From contig NW_002060943.1 in the NCBI RefSeq assembly GCF_000150275.1, positions 1,664,832 through 1,728,831 on the forward strand: a stretch of DNA of 64,000 bases, read 5' to 3'. The notes beneath the pieces are model-generated. The model worked only from the letters and a program-made list of their open reading frames with translations, was not told the origin of the DNA and searched no databases. The DNA comes from Trichoplax adhaerens (lineage: Eukaryota; Animalia; Placozoa). The position numbers were made by a program, and so were the translations under genes. Each line of letters starts with the position of its first letter. Position 1 is the first letter of the stretch. Below are positions 55,001 to 64,000 of this stretch, in pieces.

Positions 55001-55898
55001 TAAAGAAATAGACGACAAATACTCATATAGCCTAACATGTTAAATTCGGAATAGTACGTAGCGCAGAAAGTACTAGGAATAGAAATTCGGCAGATATTTC
55101 ACGATACAGTCATGTCATTTTTACTCGATGATTGGGTACAATGCCATCGACCATTCACATTGTCGCGAGTACCAGAGAACATCAAATTAAATAAAATCTT
55201 TACTAAATACCTAAACTTTTTTAACTATCAGATCTTCGAATTCATAGACCTGTTAAAAAATTCTAAAAATGTTTGATACTTTGTGATAAACATATAGTTT
55301 AAAAACATTTTAGAGAGCTATTTTTATATTGGATATTTTGCGTAAAATCGTAATACTGCCTCTTTTAGTTTGCAATTATTTGGATAGAATATAATCTTCA
55401 GTATACCAACAGCAATGGATCTTGTCGAATATGTTTATCAGATTACGTTTGTCAGAAAGTATTTTCAGTCCGAAATTACTCCTATAATCAGATTATAACC
55501 TCAGTATCAACAGTCGTCCGTCGTAATAGATAAAAATCGCTATCTGGTGATACCCTTAAAGCGCATTTAAACATACATCAAATTGTTACGGCAATTGCAG
55601 TGTATCTCGTGTCACATCATATCTCACCGTCAGGCATCCTCTAGGGAACATTTACGGGAAGGAATCCACAATCGTTACAGATGATAAAGAAAGAAAAATA
55701 ATCTTTCATTAATACCATAGACGGAGCATGACAATAATTTCATATAAAAGTACGCATGATATTATACTAATAAGCGTAGATAATAACAAGGTTGCATAGA
55801 AGCTAACTAAAGTTAACTTGAACCCGTAAAGTGAAATAGTACCTGATACAATGGCGTGAACGAAATTTAAATAAAAACACAAATACAATCATTACTTA

Positions 55899-58800
55899 TT
55901 AATATTCGATAAATACCTGAATAGGCACGAATGTCGGTGGTACACCAGAAGGTGTAATAAAATTAGCAGTACCAACCGTAGCCGGGACCGTTGGCATGTG
56001 TGTGTGAGGGACTATGGTAAAAGATAATTTTGCTGCTATTAAATTGCTGTACTAATGACGATACTTTAAGAGTTTAAGATAGCAATTGCTGACAAAAGGT
56101 AGATACCTATTGAATGCGTAATCAAATTAATAAACGGCGAAACTAAATAATTTACTACTTACTTGGCATTCCTGGTAACTGAGCCATGGGAGTAAAAAAT
56201 GGCGTAAATACTTGTTGCTGTTGCCAAGCTAAGGTATTTGGACTAACTGCTCCATTAAAATTATTTACGTTGACTCTTCTTTTAGGATGAAATGATTCAT
56301 TGACAAAGTTCTGAAATTAGGAAAAACTTGTCAATGGAAACTGCTTTGTAGCATGGTAATCTTTTATACTTAGATTAGCGTGTCAGTACATCAGTATTAT
56401 CCGGATAGATGATACTTTTCGTTAGAGGTAGATATTACTACGTAGTTTATTATTTATGGTCGAAAAAACTTGCTTTGTTGTATCTACACCATAAATTGAT
56501 AGATGTACTAATTCTGACTAATGTGAGGGTTGTACTATAACGTACACTATATTTCTCTGTAAAGGACCGATTGGCCTCATTTGTATATGATACGAAATAA
56601 TTACAACTCATTGTTAGATTATACTGATACAATGAATAGTGTACTGAATGCTATCATCAGATATTAGCATTATTACTGTTCGATCAATATAATTTATGAA
56701 CGAAGTATTCGTTAGTCTTTTTGACGAACATGTTCCGAGATTATAACTAAGTTGCAGACAAAAAACCTTATTGGTAGCCAGTATCGCGGATAAAAATATC
56801 ACAGGGTAGAGACTGCCACAAAATTTTTTGATTTAGATTAGTTTTATACATAATATAAGCAGCGTGTACCGTATCGTTATGCTCCAGCTTGCGTTTTCTG
56901 CCGTCAGTCTAATTAGTAACGGTAGCAAGCGTTAGGCAGCAGCAGTGGCATAGCATAAGAGTAGAAAGTTATTAAAGTGTTATAAAAATGTCTGAAAAAC
57001 GAAGCTGACAGCAAAGCTTAGTGTGATTCAACTGTCAAGCAATATATCACTGATTACATTAAAATAAATGCGTGAATATATTCTTAAATTCTATATCAGC
57101 GTATGTACTATGTGCTATTTAATGCGTGCTACCAGTCTAGTCGTCGTTCATTGTCAGTGATTCAGAGTCAATAAATATCGAAACTTTATTTCCATAATTG
57201 TTACTGAAAAGATTTCGTCGTTAATATCGTAAGGAGAAGAAGTGAAAGACGGGTTTTTATTATCAATTCTAAATAGTATGATGCCAAGTGTGAAAGTTGC
57301 CTGTTTAGGAATACAGTAGTTGTAAAAATTTAAGCTGTGATTCGCGAATACAGCGGATATGTACACTTATAGATGGCAGAAGAAATTATTAGATTCTGAC
57401 AGTACGGTATACGTAAATCTGTATGAAAACGTATACAAAAACAGGTAAAGCAAGTCTAGTTCAAAATACTTACAAGCAACACGCACTGACCTGATCTGTT
57501 ATTTGCTGTTGTTGCGGAGGTTGCTGTTCTAGTGTTGATTGCTGTTGTTGTTGTGGTTGAGGGAGAGGCTGTTGGACCGGCTGAGCTTGCTGTTGCTTTA
57601 CTCGTGTTAGTAGATGCGGAGGTGGATGAAAGTATCTGCATACATCGCGTTGGCACTTCCCTTTGATGTGATCCATGCATAATGTGACAGTGTTATCATA
57701 TTTATCGATAACAACATTAGTAGGAGGATGAGCGTAGCGACATTCATCTTCACCCCGTGAGCATGTGCCACGTCTGTACTGCCGACAAACCTAATTAATA
57801 AATTAATTATTACACTAGTCATGAAATGCATGATTTACGAAAGTAAAGGGTTTTATTATTCGCTGTATTTGATAATTTGAATTACCTCCATTCGGTCAAC
57901 TTTAGCAGGCTTCTTAGGCATAGAATTACCGATAGCATTGTTAATCAGTATCGGTTCTAGTGGAGCACTAGTTACATATTCCGGATATAATGCTGGAACT
58001 ATGCTAACAAAAGGTGCGCTCTAGAGAATTAGGCAAATATGCGTATATTAGGTACAACATACACTGTGCATGCATCGTTTATTTAATATATCTATATCTA
58101 GATATTTGAACATATGGCAGAAATCGATTATAGTGTATTCCTTCCTTAATATCTTAAATAAATTGTAGAACGAGACCGATGTGATATGTATGTATTCCGT
58201 TTGCAAATATTACAACATCTAGTAAATTTGTTGAAAAGCTCTTATATTCTACTTACTATTGGTTGCCCTACGAATGGTGGTCCAGTTGTAAGTAGCAGCT
58301 GTTGCTGCATCTGTCGTTGTTGCTGTTGCTGTTGCTGGTGTTGTTGTTGCTGTCTTAAGTTTAGTCTGCCGTTGTTTTCTAGTTGAATTTTTAAATGCTT
58401 CGGTGGATGAAAGTACTTGCAAACCTCACGATTACATCGATTCTAATTATGAATCACAATTAGGCGGTTTCGTTAACTAATACCGGCGTATTACATTTAA
58501 GACATGATTACAGATTGAATTTCCTTGTTTGTTTAAATTTATTAGCTATCATGTAGGATCCAATGAAACCGGCAGCATTTCCTACAGGTGCTATTCTTAA
58601 AGTGGCTATACAATGTACCTCTTTATAACACTACGACATACTGTACATTTTATTCTGTTACAGTGAATACATGTACAACGCAGTCAAGCTGATTGCGATA
58701 GTTGTTTAAAAGAATAGGCACCAGATGCTCTGATGTTATTGACTCAAAATCACAAGCATCAATATAACACATTATATTATCTCCTTCCATAACCTAACTA

Positions 58801-61661
58801 CGGGCAACTAAAAGAAAATCTACTAGGTTTTCTTCTAATGGTACGTGACCTAGCTCAAATAACTACATTATAATGTGCAACAGCATATTATGTCATTAAA
58901 AGAGGTAAGTATAATGTAATCCAATGACGGTAAAATAAAACACAAAGGTACTGACTATGATCATGACTTAAATTATCACGGTAAGTGATGATTAATCCAT
59001 TCATTTACTTTTAAATAATTGGTATTGGATACAAGCGATGTTGCTCCAACTTTGTACAAAGATAATATTGTAAATTATATCAGAATAAAGAGAAATAACA
59101 ATTGAAAATGTAAATATCACGCGCTATTCGAATTTCCCATCTGCCCAATATTAATTATAAGTACTGCGTGACATAAGCATATGGTGTCATGTCGTTAGAG
59201 AAAATGAATTTCTATATAAAGTAATTGATTTGATTGAATACAGATTCGATGGATGCAATTACAGTTATTGAGGAAACAAGGTCTGCGATTGACAAGCAAT
59301 CTAAAACAAAATGATTTACGTGATGACCATGTTTTAGGAAAAGCTATCACCCAACAACCAATCCTTGTAATGATTACTGTCGTAGCATAGATAAACAGAT
59401 TCATTAATTATACAGTCATTGAAAGGTGTTAGATGCAATAACACCAAAAAATTGCTCTTGCACGATTTACAGTCAGCAATCTTACGCAAGAATGTGCCAT
59501 ACACTTAAGTCTAAACTTTTAAAGTACGAATGTCGCGCATATACCATGCAAATACCGTTAAAAGCTATTCGTAGAGAATCTTATTTTGCGATCGTTAAAA
59601 TGAGACTGCAACTGCTTTGATTCCATCAAGTCACCTACCCCTTGCGATAGGTCCTCAAATTAAATGGTTACTATAGTATTTTTTATATGACTACTCATTC
59701 AAAACCCACGTTTAAAAGAAAAAGAAATGATTGCTGCAACAAAATTATATCTATAGTTCTTTAACAGGGATGATGATGATCCAGTTAATTTTTCATATTC
59801 TTGTTCGTTTAATAGCAAGCACCTTGCGTTTACAAATTTTAGCGATGCTAACCAGCAATACACGCATACTTTACGTCATAGATGCCAACTTTTTAGTACA
59901 CAAACCCAAAATTTATAAATGATTTTAGAATCTTAACTATATAAAGAAGTTAAACAGCAAGAGCGCAAAGAATACAGAGAACGGGATTTTTATTGGGTTC
60001 ATCGACTGTTCGATAGGGTGCAGTACTGAATCTCTATTTCCGTAGACGTAAAGTCAGATAGTCAGACTTTAACATGGGCAGGGGTGATGACCAACCGTTC
60101 AGGTTTCAAATTTACTGTACGTATAAAAGTAAGCAGTCATGAGATTTTGCTGCAAAAGTAAATCTCTATTGCCGAATTATATAATTATCGGAATCAACGT
60201 AGCGCAATAGTACGATTAATAGTATGTAAATCAAAGAGTTACTGCCATCTATGGCAATGTATCGTAACTGGTTAATAATTCAGTTCCAATATACCTATAC
60301 GGAATTAATTAATTACCCAGTAGATCTTTAATAATTTTACTAGGCGATCTCATTTTGATAGGCCTAAACTCCTTCATAGCACATCTCAAACCGCGATAAC
60401 AATTATTTACTATTAGCGTGTAACTTAGTGAATTACTAGGATATGCTACCAGTAAAACTAATAAAACTAAGACTACTTCCATAAAAATAATTGATTAGAC
60501 CCAAAAATTATTGAATTGGGCGACGGAAGACGAAATTGAACAATCACTGTCACCCATTTACAATAAAATAAATAAATATATTATACTCGAATTACAGTTA
60601 TATTGTATGAATAGGACTGTATAAACCTCAGCAAACAAGTTTAATTTTGGATGTCGAAAGTTATGCTTTAGTGTACAAGTTCTTTAGCAATTAAAGCAGT
60701 TCGCTTGACTATGAATGATCGTAAAATCCTGCAAACTCGGCATAGGCGAATAAGCAAAAACTTTCGGCCCGTCTTTGTGGAATATTGTTTTACAGTACTG
60801 TACTAGTATGAGGATTAGGGGTCGGTACGATACATTTACAAATCCGCCTAATACAGTATATGCTCAACATACGTCAATCGTTAGCTTTACTCATGTAATT
60901 CAAGTCGTAGACACGCTAAATCATGGATGACGACCATCTTGTTATAAAGAAAAATTATCCATGAACTATATAGTACAGTACTTGGCTATAGTGATAGGCT
61001 TTATTATTAGGTATACACGTTGATTCTATTCTTGGATCGCAATATGTGGTGGTAAAACGGTATCAGAATCGATCAACGATACTGACAGTGTCAATTTTTA
61101 TAAACGCTAATTCATTATCTCTTGTAAGAACTATTGAAGATTTTGATTGAGCAATGTACTGTGCATTATGTTGGGTAGTCAATGCATGATAGAATTATGG
61201 CATGAAATGACCAAGGATTACTTTGTGTTTATTTAGTAGCAGAACTGATCGTAGTAATCTACCAGTGAACTAGATCGATGTGTTTGATCCATAAATGCAG
61301 CAAAAGCCCTACAATAACTTTTTAGGTTACGCCTTCACTAAATCGTAAGCAATCACTATAGCGTCAATGATAGCATCAACGAGGGCATATGAAATTAATG
61401 TCAAAAGATGTTGAGTTTTTGACCCACGGTGATGGAAAAATTGATATCAACACCAATCAGTAGAATTAAGAGACTTACTTTGATAGAATCGTAACAGGCA
61501 GTTACGAAGCCATTGTCGATTTGAATATTGTTACCAGGATGTGCGTACCTGCATTCACCTTCATCTCGTGCACATTTGCTACGTAAAAATTCTCGACAAA
61601 CTTCCACTTGTAGCCAGCTTGTATCTTTGCCAGTTGTAATATTGGGATGAGTCATTTGCAT
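55899..61661 (-). CDS. mbl: Muscleblind-like RNA-binding splicing regulator (4 CCCH zinc fingers); exact last exon uncertain
   Basis: Exons 61661-61479 ([25 protein letters not shown]), 58442-58257 ([26 protein letters not shown] plus polyQ), 58020-57886 (..DRME), 57790-57491 ([30 protein letters not shown]), 56908-56870 ([13 protein letters not shown]), 56310-56163 (..HPKRR..NGA..WQQ), 56011-55917 with read-through stop ending 55899 (..PATV..). All GT-AG and in frame. Confidence 0.93.
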
Positions 61662-62749
61662 GATTGTTGTTCAAAATGGATCAACACTATCAACATGCAG
61701 AGGATAATGAATCTTAATAGTAAGAGAGAGCAGCGATGATTGTATTTACCGAATCAAGCTTATGCGTACGTAGTTGCTAGAGTGGTCGACAAGAGCGTTG
61801 AAATGGAAAAGAATAATCAAAAAATGTTATTCACCTTAAGGTTAAGAATCAATGTTGGGAATCGGCGATAATACAGTAGAAGGGGGAAAAAAAGAAAGGG
61901 GGAGCAAATCAGCAATAGCGTCTGTTACAGCGTAATTTTTGAAGAAAAGGGAATACAATATTGAAAATTGTAATTTAGCTGGGTTGTATATCGCTTGACT
62001 ACAACATCAAGTCAATGGAAGCTGTATTGGATCTTTCAATATATTAATAGTATATTGTCCAAATGAGAAGACAATAACCAAATTGAAATTAGTTTAATTG
62101 AATATTGCTTCGTTGCGGGAGGGGTGCAAATTGGAATACGGTTAAATAATCCTGGTCATACAACAATAGTATCAACAGGGTAAAAGGACCAGCTGGCTTA
62201 CAAGATATCCTTGCCGTATTGACGAAAAGGATGCAATACCAAATTGCCCAAAAAAGCAATGTCTACAATAAGCAATGACCTTAATTAAACAAGCAAAAGA
62301 AGCACAATTTGATACTATAGCATCGCAGTTGAATTTCAAAGTAAGGACTAGCCAGTGTGCTTGGCAAAGCAACAAGTCGTTCAATTCACCAACAAACAGT
62401 ATAGTCCAAAGTCAAAAGAAAGAACAAAAAAAAAAAATGCACTTTGCTTGAGTGAAAATGGTCAAAGTAAAATCAACCGCCAAGTACAAATAGTGTACTA
62501 CAATCTGTCAACAAAGTAAAAATAAATCAAGTCAAATGGATAATTTCCAAGGACTAAAGTCAAGTGGACCATTCGTCAAAGAAAAATGAGTGAAAAAATG
62601 CCAATTAAAAATGTTGCTCTTTCGTCTTTGGCGATATTCCCTTTTCTTAGCAATGCGGCGAAAAGCAGCAGCAGCGGAATCGGGACAGTGATAGTGTGAA
62701 CGCGTGCGTGTGCAGCCTACATAAGGTATTGTAAGGATTAGACGGCAGA

Positions 62750-62905
62750 CGGCCAATACCGTAATTTAAGTAGATTTTCACCTTGCCAACATGACCGTGA
62801 CTACATGGGTACAGTACCGACGGCACACGTACAACACCACAACGGTGTGTTGCAGTGACGTCAAGTTAGCATACTGTCGTACAATGGCGTTGGTGGTCCA
62901 ATCAT
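62750..62905. promoter_or_regulatory. Candidate MBNL promoter elements (CRE palindrome, CCAAT boxes)
   Basis: TGACGTCA at 62856-62863 and CCAAT at about 62753 and 62898, in a locally GC/CpG-richer patch about 1.1-1.2 kb upstream of the MBNL ATG. Confidence 0.35.
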
Positions 62906-63044
62906 CCGCTAGCCCATCCGACGTCGACTCGATCCAGTCTCAGGTCGACTGACAGGTAGAGACGGACGTTTCTCATGTTGTCACAGATCGATAGCACACA
63001 CAGCCCCACCCTCACAGTCGGTTAATCTAGACATGGCAGAGCAA

Positions 63045-63665
63045 AGCTAGCTGCTACGCTTTCCTCTCCTAGTACTGAGCTTTTCACGTTCTGGTCTAGT
63101 TCGTTATTTATTGATGATTATGCGGGATAGAAAACATTTTAGTATTCAGGATTCTCCATCTGATTTTCGCGCTTACTGGTCTAGTTAGTTATTTATTGAT
63201 GATTATGCGGGATAGAAAATATTTTAGTATTCATAATTCTCCATCGTCGTTGCTACCATGCAATCACATCTTGCTCTTGTACCTCGAGAGACAAAGCTTA
63301 GCGGCTGCTAGCTGCTACGCTTTCCTCTCCTCATAAGTAACCGCTTCTAGTACTGAGCTTTTCGCATACTCCTCTGGTTATTTATTTATTGATGATTATG
63401 CAGGATAGAAAACATTTTAGTATTCATAATTCTCCATCATCGTTGCTACCATGCAATCACATCTTGCTCTTGTACCTCGAGAGACAAAGCCTAGCGGCTG
63501 CTACCTGCTACGCTTTCCTCTCCTCATAAGTAAACGCTTCTAGTACTGAGCTTTTCGCATACTCCTCTGGTTATTTATTTATTGATGAATACGCACATTT
63601 TAGTATTCATAATTCTCCATCGTCGTTGCTACCATGCAATCACATCTTGCTCTTGTACTTCGAGA
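63045..63665. repeat. Young tandem repeat, about 193-bp unit, with internal sub-duplication
   Basis: ctgctacgctttcctctcct at 63051, 63312 and 63505; attgatgattatgc.ggatagaaaa at about 63110, 63195 and 63388; gttgctaccatgcaatcacatcttgctcttgtac three times, near-identical. Confidence 0.92.
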
Positions 63666-64000
63666 TACGAGTAGATTTAGATTGCTCGTGGGTGCAGAGA
63701 TATCCAACTCTACCATCGACTAGGAAAGACTGCCATCCTACGTCGAATCTACTGTATAAATGCAATCATAGACTCAAAATATCCCAAAGATAACAAACAT
63801 TCCCCGACTAGGATGAAATCAGGCATCATAAAATACTGCCCCTAAAATCACTTTCATCATAATTTGACATCCATTTTATCATTTCTCATCCATACTCGCA
63901 TCAATTATATTTCATAATTGTCAAATCATGAATAAGAAAGGCCATAATGGTGTTGGTATTTTCTCCTCATCGTAGCCAGCGCATCCATCCAAATGTATCC

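Noticed and set aside
58186-58386. Poly-Cys ORF on the plus strand (and alternative-frame ORFs 57456-57680 and 57607-57831)
   Set aside because: Antisense or out-of-frame readings of MBNL polyQ and zinc-finger exons.

Overview
AT-rich, intron-containing animal genomic DNA. The compact genes, short GT-AG introns and early-branching-like proteins suggest a placozoan such as Trichoplax; this is inference, not proven. Five genes were reconstructed by hand from splice sites: (1) two tandem minus-strand ADP-ribosyl cyclases (CD38/BST1/Aplysia-cyclase family). The left copy is partial and has an apparent 1-bp frameshift; the right copy is complete (7 exons, 327 aa) with type-I membrane topology. (2) A SoxB2 (Sox14/Sox21-like) gene in about 36 kb with no other recognisable gene. 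(3) A 7-exon, 665-aa soluble guanylate cyclase of beta2/atypical type ending in a CaaX motif (CVIQ). (4) A muscleblind/MBNL gene with four CCCH zinc fingers. Best new signal: a 39-nt MBNL micro-exon missing from the ORF track. It encodes half of a bipartite NLS and lies directly behind seven YGCY (MBNL-binding) motifs, resembling the vertebrate MBNL1 exon-5 autoregulatory switch. Other signals: a dense Sox-site cluster about 6.5 kb upstream of SoxB2, a hidden in-frame SoxB2 first exon with an overlapping uORF, three adjacent degenerate tandem arrays (14-21 kb), and window-wide excess of TACWGTA. No rRNA, tRNA or CRISPR array was seen.
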